A stretch of 56,419 bases of DNA from a virus. Its lineage: Duplodnaviria > Caudoviricetes. A program made the translations under genes and the position numbers. The notes under the pieces are model-generated. The model was not told where the DNA came from, did not search any database, and saw only the letters and a list, made by a program, of their open reading frames with translations. Location of the stretch: the IMG/VR virus record IMGVR_UViG_3300028708_000002, positions 1-56,419 of that record, one strand, 5' to 3'. Positions 17,363-24,995 of this stretch are shown here, piece by piece (position 1 is the first letter of the stretch; each line of letters opens with the position of its first letter).

Positions 17363-19338
17363 CAACGCAAGCTCTCCGTCAGTTCAATGACGCGACGGTT
17401 GAACTCTATACCGCGCCGCCCGTCGAGCACCTTGTGCGAGCCTCGCTCCAATTCAGTGTTAGCAAGGGCAATCGCCTCCTCGATGGTGCCGAGTGACCGC
17501 AGGTACCAGTAGAAGACGGGGCGGGGGTTGGAGACTCGGTGGATCCGGTCCTCGGCCTGCGCCTGGTCATCCGGCACCCAGGTCTCATCGAGGAACACCA
17601 TGTGGTCGGCGGAGTCGATCGTCAACGCCACACCGCCTGTCCTGGTCTGCAGAAGGAGCACCTGCGCTCCGCCGTCTGTCCGGTTGAAGTCCCCCAGGAC
17701 CTCCGACCGGTTCGTGGTGTCCCCGGTGATGATTCCCGTGGTAGCGATGGAGGAAAGCGCTTCCCTCACCAACTCCAGCATCTGGGTGTACTGCGACAAG
17801 ACCACGACCTTGCCGGTGGGGTCCTCGGGATAGCCCATCTCTGTCAGCATCTGCACCAGGTAGTCGACCTTGTTGGAAGGCATTGTCGGGATCAGGATCG
17901 TCTTCGTGACCTGGTGCTTGTGGTCCGTCCTGTCCGGGCAGGCGGAGTCCTTGCACTTCTGCCAGACCTGGCGCTGCTCCGGACGGCCAGCCGAGGAGGC
18001 GAACTGCTTGAGCCGCGTCATCTCCGCGAGCGTCCCGATGGCGCTGAGGTCACCTTCGGCCAAGATGGCAACAGAGGTCTCCTCCATCTCCCGATATGCC
18101 TTCTCCTGTGCGGGGTCCAGCGGCAGCCACACGCCGCGACCGAGCGCCACCGGGGTCTCGCTCTCCGGGCCGTCCACGAGGTTGGTCCCCATGTAGCTCT
18201 TGGGCGGGAGGTCCGGCGCGACCTCGGCTTTGGTTCGCCGCAACATGATCCGGTCCAGGTCGCTCCACAGCAGCGCCTCCCGGTCCTCCCGGAGCCCACC
18301 GAGGTTGCGCGATCCGCCGTAGCCGAAGGTCACGTTGAAGTAGGTCTCGACCCACTGCCAGTAGCCCCGGAACTCCTCAGGCCGGAGCCAGTTCAGCGTG
18401 CCCCAGAGCAGCTGCGGCTTGCTCCGCATCGGCGTACCTGAGGAGGCCACGCGCAGCCCGTCCTGGCGCGTACGGAGGAGCATCATCCCGTTGCGTACCT
18501 GGGTGGGAGTACCGCGTCGGCGGATGAGAGCGTTCTGGCTCTCATCGAGCAGGATGGCACCCCACTCGCGCTGGAATAGCTCGGGCCACTCGTGCTCGTG
18601 ACGGGTCTTGGTCCGGCGTGGGTCGTGCTCGCACACCAACTCCTTCTTGTGGCGTACAGGTGTCTCCCGCCCACACTGCCCACAGATCCACCAACTCTTG
18701 GTCGAGACCATCTGGGGGTGGACGACAACCCATGTATTATGGAGCGAGGGCTCAGCCTTGATCTCATCCCAAACGCGCTGCCGGGCCGTCCGTCCGTCTG
18801 GGAAGTTCACCACGATCCCGTCGTCCAGCCAGCGCAGTAGCTCGCGCGCCCACACGGTCTCGGTTGCGGTCTTGGTCGTCACCACGAGGTAGGGACCGGT
18901 CACCCCATCCTCGATCACGCCGCCGATGAGCTCCAGGGTCTTCCCAAGCCCCATCTCGTCTGCGATCAGGACGTTGCGGCCCTTGGCGATGAACCTCGCC
19001 GCCACACGCTGGTAGGTCCGGGCCTCCATCGCCTGCGCGAGGTCCGGCGCGACGTCAGGCACATGCTCCAGGTCCGCGTCCATCAGCTGCCCGAGGTCGC
19101 GCATGGCCTCGCTCGTGGCGCGCCGGTCACTGTACCAGGCGGCAAGCTCGCTGCCCACCTTCATCGTGTCGCCGAAGCGCTCCCGGAGCGCGACGCAGGA
19201 GGCTGCTGTGAGCGGGACCGTCCAGGCCGCGTCGCGCTTGGAGAAGTACGCGCCTGGGATCGACTCACCAAGCCGCGCCACATGATGGTCAGAGCGGATG
19301 CGGATGCGCCGCCCAGCCAGATCTGCTATCACCGTCAT
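17362..19338 (-). CDS. SNF2-family DNA helicase
   Basis: DEMGLGKT, LDESQ, SGTP, MLRRTK and QAEDRIHR motifs. Confidence 0.93.
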   Translation of the reverse strand: MTVIADLAGRRIRIRSDHHVARLGESIPGAYFSKRDAAWTVPLTAASCVALRERFGDTMKVGSELAAWYSDRRATSEAMRDLGQLMDADLEHVPDVAPDLAQAMEARTYQRVAARFIAKGRNVLIADEMGLGKTLELIGGVIEDGVTGPYLVVTTKTATETVWARELLRWLDDGIVVNFPDGRTARQRVWDEIKAEPSLHNTWVVVHPQMVSTKSWWICGQCGRETPVRHKKELVCEHDPRRTKTRHEHEWPELFQREWGAILLDESQNALIRRRGTPTQVRNGMMLLRTRQDGLRVASSGTPMRSKPQLLWGTLNWLRPEEFRGYWQWVETYFNVTFGYGGSRNLGGLREDREALLWSDLDRIMLRRTKAEVAPDLPPKSYMGTNLVDGPESETPVALGRGVWLPLDPAQEKAYREMEETSVAILAEGDLSAIGTLAEMTRLKQFASSAGRPEQRQVWQKCKDSACPDRTDHKHQVTKTILIPTMPSNKVDYLVQMLTEMGYPEDPTGKVVVLSQYTQMLELVREALSSIATTGIITGDTTNRSEVLGDFNRTDGGAQVLLLQTRTGGVALTIDSADHMVFLDETWVPDDQAQAEDRIHRVSNPRPVFYWYLRSLGTIEEAIALANTELERGSHKVLDGRRGIEFNRRVIELTESLR

Positions 19339-19369
19339 CTTCGTTCCCTTCTCTCGCCTATCACCGAGG

Positions 19370-19398
19370 AGCGTACGCCAATTGGCCTGCTAACGGAA
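19370..19398 (-). promoter_or_regulatory. Promoter TTCCGT-N17-TACGCT
   Basis: Directly after a terminator; the leader carries GGCGAGAG-AAGGGAAC. Confidence 0.6.
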
Positions 19399-19432
19399 TG
19401 ATGGCCCGCCCTCCGGAGAGAGCGGGCCATCA
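19399..19432 (-). terminator. Terminator stem-loop
   Basis: TGATGGCCCGC/GCGGGCCATCA 11-bp inverted repeat. Confidence 0.65.
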
Positions 19433-19440
19433 CGGTCCGG

Positions 19441-20148
19441 TCAGACGTTCAGCGGTACGGGGCTCTTGGGGGCCACCGTCTGAAGCTCCAGCGACTTGAT
19501 AACCATCGCCTGGATCTCCGTCTTCTTCAGGCCATCGAACGGGAGGCCCATGTCGGCTGCCTCGTAACGGAGGTCCGCGAGCCGCAGCCCGAGCACCCGG
19601 TTGCGCTCGCGGGTGAGGCGAGCCTTTTCGTTGATCGCGTCCTGCTCGACCTTGCTCCGCTTCGCGCCAACCTCGCGGGCAACCTGGACGTTCGACTCCT
19701 CGGCGAGGATCGCCTTGAAGTCCGGCTTGATGAGGCTCTTGAGGATCTCGGCACCGGCGATGAGGAGGACTACCGCGATGAACGCGAATCCCAGCACCAG
19801 CGTCGCGGAGCCGAGGAAGTTGATCGTGGCACTCACGCCCACCGGGAAGACCAGCAGGATCAGCGCCATCTTCTTGGCCGGTGCGGCCATCCCCGCCGCG
19901 CTCAGGACCTTGACGCAAAGCAGGATGAACATGTCCATCGCCAGCGGGATGATCGCCGCGCTGAACGGGTCGGCCTTGGCAGCGTGACCAAGGAAGTGGA
20001 ACTGGTGCTGGAAGCTAGCAACCATCACCAGCAGGGTGATCGCGAGGCCCAGGCGCTTCGCCCACTTGATCGCGGACAGCATCTCCTCGACGGCCTTGGA
20101 GCCGTACTGCTCGGCGAACTTCTGGCCGGGGGTCTTGGTGGAGTTCAT
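19441..20148 (-). CDS. DUF2637/SpdA-like four-TM protein with C-terminal HeH-like motif
   Basis: SFQH...A..IPLAMD...VSATIN pattern; 4 hydrophobic helices. Confidence 0.7.
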   Translation of the reverse strand: MNSTKTPGQKFAEQYGSKAVEEMLSAIKWAKRLGLAITLLVMVASFQHQFHFLGHAAKADPFSAAIIPLAMDMFILLCVKVLSAAGMAAPAKKMALILLVFPVGVSATINFLGSATLVLGFAFIAVVLLIAGAEILKSLIKPDFKAILAEESNVQVAREVGAKRSKVEQDAINEKARLTRERNRVLGLRLADLRYEAADMGLPFDGLKKTEIQAMVIKSLELQTVAPKSPVPLNV

Positions 20149-20229
20149 CTCGGTTCCCTTCGTTGGAGGAAGACTCGCCATCTTCCCTTGCAACACCAAC
20201 GCTACTCCAACTGCAACGGGATGGCTACA
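20149..20229 (-). promoter_or_regulatory. Promoter TGTAGCCA-N12-TGGAGTAGCGTTG, leader hairpin and AAGGGAACCGAG RBS
   Basis: Motif identical to 23643-23675; its -35 overlaps a 15-bp inverted repeat (20214-20249). Confidence 0.7.
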
Positions 20230-20266
20230 TTTCCGCAGCCATCCCGTTGGTAAATATGAAGATTCT

Positions 20267-21220
20267 TTACGCCTCGATGTCTACCAGCACATTCTCTGAG
20301 GATCTAGTCTGCCCGCCCGTGAACGCCTTGCCCCGTCCCACAGCCACGAGGGCGGAGAGCCGGAACGCCCGGAAGCCAGTCCCAGCCTGGCAGCAGAACA
20401 GCACCACTCGCTCGCCCAGCTGCTCGGTGACGCGGACCGTCCTGGGGTCGCCCACCTTGGCCGTCTCCGTCCCGCCGCTCAGCCGGTTGTGCCACTTCAC
20501 CACATGCCCGGCAATCGCGTCCACCACAACCCGCTCCGGCGCGGTGGCGGGGTCGAACGGGAGGCGTACCACCTTGGGCATGACCTCCGCGTCCCTGCGG
20601 CGGAACGCCTTGTTGGTGGCGACCCTCGCCAACTCCTCGGCTGCCTCGGTCGGCTTGCGCTCCGCGAGCTTCAACGCCGCGCTGACATTCCGCGTCTGCA
20701 CCGTCCGGTCGCCCACCGTGTAGGTCGCTCCAGCGTTGACATACACGCCGCTGTCCCACGCCTGGTGGATCGCCTCGATGACGTCAGCGCCGCGCGTCGC
20801 CACAACCTCGGTCAGTTCACCCTCGGTCCGGTAATGCCCGATCCACCCTAGCGCCTCGATAGCCGTGCAGAACACCCGAGCCTTGGCCTCGCTCTTGGTT
20901 TCCGGTACTGTGGCCTCTCCGTTGGAGCTAGGGGCCTTAGCGGCAGTCTTCTGCACCGGCTCAGCCGGGCGGGTACGCGGCCTGGGACGCTCAGCCTCGG
21001 TCTTGTCGTGGAGCCGCAGCGCGTCCTGGAGCGCCTGCTTGCCCATCGTCCGTGCCTCCAGGACCTCCCGGCGCACGGCCTCGGCACGAAGCTCGGTGAG
21101 CCTCCAGTCGCCGTAGACATCAGCCGTCTCCACGATCGTGTTCGGCATCCGCTGTGCGGCTCGCTCGCGCTTGGCGTCCGCGACCCGCCGGAGCCCTCCC
21201 TTGCGTACTGTGGTCGTCAT
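20267..21220 (-). CDS. Hypothetical protein with Rho-N/HeH-like motif
   Basis: WRLTELRAEA......RTMGKQALQDAL; RBS AAGGGGACTGAG. Confidence 0.75.
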   Translation of the reverse strand: MTTTVRKGGLRRVADAKRERAAQRMPNTIVETADVYGDWRLTELRAEAVRREVLEARTMGKQALQDALRLHDKTEAERPRPRTRPAEPVQKTAAKAPSSNGEATVPETKSEAKARVFCTAIEALGWIGHYRTEGELTEVVATRGADVIEAIHQAWDSGVYVNAGATYTVGDRTVQTRNVSAALKLAERKPTEAAEELARVATNKAFRRRDAEVMPKVVRLPFDPATAPERVVVDAIAGHVVKWHNRLSGGTETAKVGDPRTVRVTEQLGERVVLFCCQAGTGFRAFRLSALVAVGRGKAFTGGQTRSSENVLVDIEA

Positions 21221-21402
21221 CTCAGTCCCCTTCTCTTCTCTCGCCTGATCTTGTTCCTGCGGCGGTCGACCTTCCGCAGTACCCTCTCGGGTATTCCCTG
21301 TGCTATGAACGGCTTCTGGGTGATCCGCTCCGCCCACTTGAACCATCCCCGTTGGTACGGATCGACGTTGCCGACCGGATAGCCTCCGGCCTCACTCGGC
21401 AC
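21217..21402 (-). CDS. Small arginine-rich protein
   Basis: Overlaps both neighbours; RKVDRRRNKIRREKRR. Confidence 0.5.
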   Translation of the reverse strand: MPSEAGGYPVGNVDPYQRGWFKWAERITQKPFIAQGIPERVLRKVDRRRNKIRREKRRGLR

Positions 21403-21673
21403 GGCGGCACACCTCCAACTTCTCCTCCGGCCATCCTGGAACCGCCCACCCGCTCTCCATCTCGATGAAGTTGAGGCTGTGGGGCAGGGTCCCGCCCGTC
21501 ACCCGGCGCACAACCGCGTCGCCGCCATACCCCTGGAGCGTGTCGCCCTGCACGAGGCGACGGACCTCCACCAACCGCGTCTCGCCGGACGCAAGCCGCG
21601 CCATCCGCTCGCGCTGCTCCTTGGTAACCCGAACGGTCTTGCTTGGCCTGGTGGCTACTGCCTTGCTGACCAT
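21392..21673 (-). CDS. Hypothetical protein
   Basis: AAGGGAAC RBS; -10 TAAGCT upstream. Confidence 0.7.
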   Translation of the reverse strand: MVSKAVATRPSKTVRVTKEQRERMARLASGETRLVEVRRLVQGDTLQGYGGDAVVRRVTGGTLPHSLNFIEMESGWAVPGWPEEKLEVCRRAE

Positions 21674-21726
21674 CTTCTTGTTCCCTTCTCTGGAGTTTCG
21701 TCCCGAGCTTACTCCTGGAGGCTGCA

Positions 21727-21762
21727 GGCCGCGCGCCGGAGGACGTGTCTCGGCGCGCGGCC
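21727..21762 (-). terminator. Stem-loop
   Basis: GGCCGCGCGCCG/CGGCGCGCGGCC. Confidence 0.55.
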
Positions 21763-21772
21763 GCAACGGGCA

Positions 21773-22774
21773 CTAGCTGGTGAGCTCACCGCTGGGAGTC
21801 CGAGTGCCTGCCTCCTCCACGCGCTGGGCGCGTGAAGACCTATCAACCTCGACCTCGCTCGCAGCGTCCCGCCCGAGAGCAGCACCGGCGCGAGCCTCAG
21901 CCGAGTAGTGGTAACGCTGGTACCGCGCCTCATCGGCTTGCGTCCAGCCCTTCTTGCGGGACTTCTTGGCGGGGGTGGTCTCCTGAACCTCGATCTCGAC
22001 CGGCCGCAGCTGCGGGAAGAATCCATAGAACGCCTCCAGCACCCGCTCCTCGCGCCCGTGCAGCTGGACCGCGCCGCCGAGGCTGTCCGCGCCGTCCCGC
22101 GCCTCCCGCAGCTGGGACTGGAGACCGTTGCTGAATCCGTTGGCGAAGCCGTAGCGGAAGGTCTTGACGTTGACGCCGCGACCGGCCACCATCTCTTCGA
22201 CGCCGCGACGCTCGCACTCCGCACGGTACATCTTCGTGGCCCGCGTGGTGTGGGTGGCGTCGCGGTTGCCCCAGAGCGCGTCCGCGATCTCATAGCGGTT
22301 CCATCCTGCCGACCGGAGCCGGAACACATTCACCGCGTCGCTGAGGCTGGGGTCCGGGTTGACGTCGATCCGGTTGATGAAGACGAGACGCGCGGCGTTG
22401 AACAGGTACTCCGCATACCGCACGTCACCCTCGTAGCCGACCAGCGCGGCCTGTGCCATCCAGCCGTCGACCGGGTGGAAGTAGTTCTTGATATGGACGT
22501 TAACGCCGCAGTGATCGGCGATCCGGCGGATGAAGATGGAGTACCAGCTGGAGTACCGCGTGGTGTTGAGTCGGCAGAGGTCGATGATGGAGAGGATCGG
22601 CTCAACGGCGGTGGCGTCCTGCGCCAGCAGATGCTCCTGCTCGATCCGGTACTTGCGCATAAGCTCCTCGGCCTTGGCCCGGTAGGTCGCTGCGGCCTCA
22701 GGCGGGGTAGCGGGATCCTCGGCCACGTTCAGCAGTCCGCTGATCTTGTTGAGGATCACATCCAGGTTAGCCAT
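21773..22774 (-). CDS. DUF2786 domain protein
   Basis: ILNKISGLLNVAE...PEAATYRAKAEELMRKY N-terminus; F..GF and A.AGA..GR motifs. Confidence 0.8.
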   Translation of the reverse strand: MANLDVILNKISGLLNVAEDPATPPEAAATYRAKAEELMRKYRIEQEHLLAQDATAVEPILSIIDLCRLNTTRYSSWYSIFIRRIADHCGVNVHIKNYFHPVDGWMAQAALVGYEGDVRYAEYLFNAARLVFINRIDVNPDPSLSDAVNVFRLRSAGWNRYEIADALWGNRDATHTTRATKMYRAECERRGVEEMVAGRGVNVKTFRYGFANGFSNGLQSQLREARDGADSLGGAVQLHGREERVLEAFYGFFPQLRPVEIEVQETTPAKKSRKKGWTQADEARYQRYHYSAEARAGAALGRDAASEVEVDRSSRAQRVEEAGTRTPSGELTS

Positions 22775-22866
22775 CTCGGTTCCCTTCTAAGAGCCCTCTC
22801 GCTGGGCTAGGACTGAGCGTCCTGGGCGAGGAGCGAGGCGCTGGGCCTCGCTCCCACCCGATGGGC

Positions 22867-23598
22867 TCAGGCCAGCTTCTGCAGGATCTCGCTGACGTTC
22901 CGGACGTTCTTGCCGTTGACCTGGGTGACGATCCGGCGACCGGAGTCCGACCACACGCAGACGATACCGGCCTTGCTAAGCTCCAGCATCACGCCGCCGT
23001 CCGTCTCGGTGATCTTCGCGCCGGAGAGGCCGCGAGCCTTGAGGAGCGCCTTGACCTCGGTGGCCTTGGTCGCGCCGTAGGCCTTGATCGTGACGTTGAA
23101 CGTCATGCCGAGTCGCGGGGTGCCTACCCGGACCTTCGCGCCGCTGGCCTTGTTGAGGTTCGGCTGGCAGATCCAGCAGGACTCCATCTCCTGCTTGGTC
23201 TCCGCGATGTAAGCGTCAACCTCGGCCTGCTCGGTGAAGTGGGTGTTCTCCAGCGAGTAGGTGTCGATGTCGTCGTGGCCGTGGTCGCTGTGGGCGTTTT
23301 CCCATCCAGCCTCTTCGTAGCAAAGCTCGCAGGTCATGCCCTCGGCGGTGAGGGGGCTGGCCGGGCGGATCTCGCAGACCGCGCAACGCTTCTTGCCGGT
23401 GGCCTTGGCGGGCTTGGACTCCGGGGTGACGACTGCCTGCCGCTGGTTGTCAATCTCAACCTTCATCGCGTAGAGCTTGTCCAGGAGGTCAGCCTTGCGG
23501 CCGCTCGACATCCCCTTGACCCCAACCTGGCCAGCCAGCTTGCGAAGCTCGACGGTGGTCATGTTCTCCAGGTTAACCTGCATCAGGTCGATGTTCAT
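22867..23598 (-). CDS. Rho termination factor N-terminal (HeH) domain protein with Cys/His clusters
   Basis: ENMTTVELRKLA...GVKG.S..RKADLL; CAVC, CELC, H..H.H and CWIC. Confidence 0.75.
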   Translation of the reverse strand: MNIDLMQVNLENMTTVELRKLAGQVGVKGMSSGRKADLLDKLYAMKVEIDNQRQAVVTPESKPAKATGKKRCAVCEIRPASPLTAEGMTCELCYEEAGWENAHSDHGHDDIDTYSLENTHFTEQAEVDAYIAETKQEMESCWICQPNLNKASGAKVRVGTPRLGMTFNVTIKAYGATKATEVKALLKARGLSGAKITETDGGVMLELSKAGIVCVWSDSGRRIVTQVNGKNVRNVSEILQKLA

Positions 23599-23675
23599 TT
23601 CAGTTCCCTTCGTTTCGGGGCTCTCGCCGCCCCTTTCAAGGACAACGCTACTCCATCTTATTGCAATTGGCTACA
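23599..23675 (-). promoter_or_regulatory. Promoter TGTAGCCA-N12-TGGAGTAGCGTTG, GGCGAGA hairpin and AAGGGAACTGAA RBS
   Basis: Repeat of the 20149-20229 architecture. Confidence 0.7.
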
Positions 23676-23676
23676 A

Positions 23677-24198
23677 TTACACTCTACCTGCGCAAACAGG
23701 TCCAATGCCGGCCTCGATCGAAATCTCATCGGTGAGCGTCCGGCCGCACACGCAGCAGACGCCATAGAGCTTCCCGAACTGCTGCGCCTCCTCCAGCGTC
23801 ATCCGGTCCTCCGGGCGGAGCTTGAGGATGCCGCCTGGGACGTACTCAAAGTGCCACTCTCCTCTGGGCTCATCGGTCAGGACCTTGGCGTAAAGCCTGC
23901 GGCCGTCGCCACCGGCGCGGTTCCACTGGACCTTCCAGATCTCCCCGGTCGTGCCCTCGTTGTGCGGGTCCTCGATGATGGCCCGGTACATGCCATCCTG
24001 CGTCACCAGCGCCCGGTCAAATCGGAGATCCGTCCCGCTGGATGGGGGAGACGTCCGGATGATCTCAGAGCCATAATCCGTGCGCATCCAATCCGGCTCG
24101 CTCGGACGGGTAGGGGGCCGGTGGGACTCGAAAGCCTGGCACTCGCGCACCTGCGCCACAGTCTCGTGGCGTCCCTCGCAATGTCCGCACTTGATCAT
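23677..24198 (-). CDS. DUF6011-like zinc-binding protein
   Basis: C-terminal CCVCGRTLTD..SI.AGIGPVC; N-terminal CGHC...H......REC. Confidence 0.75.
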   Translation of the reverse strand: MIKCGHCEGRHETVAQVRECQAFESHRPPTRPSEPDWMRTDYGSEIIRTSPPSSGTDLRFDRALVTQDGMYRAIIEDPHNEGTTGEIWKVQWNRAGGDGRRLYAKVLTDEPRGEWHFEYVPGGILKLRPEDRMTLEEAQQFGKLYGVCCVCGRTLTDEISIEAGIGPVCAGRV

Positions 24199-24359
24199 CT
24201 CACGCCTCCCCGGATTTCGTACTTGGCTAGGCAGCGATCGCAATCGCACTCCACGACGCTCCCGTTAGCGTTAAGCGCGTTACCCTGCGCATCCATCCAC
24301 GGATAGGTCTTCTCTTCGGTCTCCGGGTTGGTTTCCGGCCGAGTCTCTTCGTGCTCCAT
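24195..24359 (-). CDS. Small protein (54 aa, CDCDRC; not in ORF track)
   Basis: AAGGGAATCAAG RBS; ATGA coupling. Confidence 0.65.
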   Translation of the reverse strand: MEHEETRPETNPETEEKTYPWMDAQGNALNANGSVVECDCDRCLAKYEIRGGVR

Positions 24360-24420
24360 CTTGATTCCCTTCTACGGGGAGGTCTCTCGCTCCTCCCTTT
24401 ACGACGCCAATCCTACTCCA
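24360..24420 (-). promoter_or_regulatory. Promoter (TGGAG-TAGGAT), GCGAGA hairpin and RBS
   Basis: Same leader architecture; hairpin at 24377-24397. Confidence 0.65.
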
Positions 24421-24481
24421 AGTTTTGACGGGAGGAAAGTCGAGAGCGTTGGATCTACCAGGGGTAACGAAGATTCTTTTG

Positions 24482-24524
24482 CAAAGAGAAGGGGACCGGT
24501 CGGGGCGAGAGTCCGACCGGTCCC
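24482..24524 (-). terminator. Intrinsic terminator at the end of the late operon/sRNA
   Basis: 12-bp stem GGGACCGGTCGG/CCGACCGGTCCC followed by CTTCTCTTT. Confidence 0.8.
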
Positions 24525-24606
24525 AGAGGAGTCCGCACGTCACGCGAGGAAGGGAACCGCAATCTCAAACGAGACGCTAAGCGTTGTCCTCCACCATCTT
24601 CTCCTG
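24482..24606 (-). ncRNA. Candidate trans-acting antisense small RNA
   Basis: Promoter TAGCCG-N18-TACTCT (24642-24613); terminator 24492-24524 with pyrimidine tail; CGGUUCCCUUC and loop CUCUCGCC complement the repeated leaders. Confidence 0.55.
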
Positions 24607-24639
24607 GTTACAAGAGTACGCCGTGCCAGAAAGTTGCGG

Positions 24640-24993
24640 CTAGCGCCTGGCGTAGGCCGGGCGTTTGTCGTTGACCAAGATGTCCTGCGCCGTGTCGGTC
24701 GCGCCGGTGGGCCTCCAGAGCCCGAAATGGACCGCCACTGCGAGGACGAAGTTCACGACCACGTTGTACGCCACCACCGTCCACACGAACGGAGCCCCGG
24801 CCTGGAGCGCCGCGACCCACGCCTGCAGGAACGTCGAGATGGCAGCGAAGAGCAGTAGCAGCACCGCTTTCATGGCCGCTGGCTGGGATCTTTTCGTGAT
24901 CAGCGACACCGCAAGTGGTAGCAGGACCGTGATCACGAGCGACAGGAGCCCGCCCAGGTCCGGCTGGAAGACATAGAACTCAGGTGCGTTCAT
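24640..24993 (-). CDS. Holin
   Basis: Three hydrophobic helices, directly after the endolysin. Confidence 0.8.
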   Translation of the reverse strand: MNAPEFYVFQPDLGGLLSLVITVLLPLAVSLITKRSQPAAMKAVLLLLFAAISTFLQAWVAALQAGAPFVWTVVAYNVVVNFVLAVAVHFGLWRPTGATDTAQDILVNDKRPAYARR

Positions 24994-24995
24994 CT

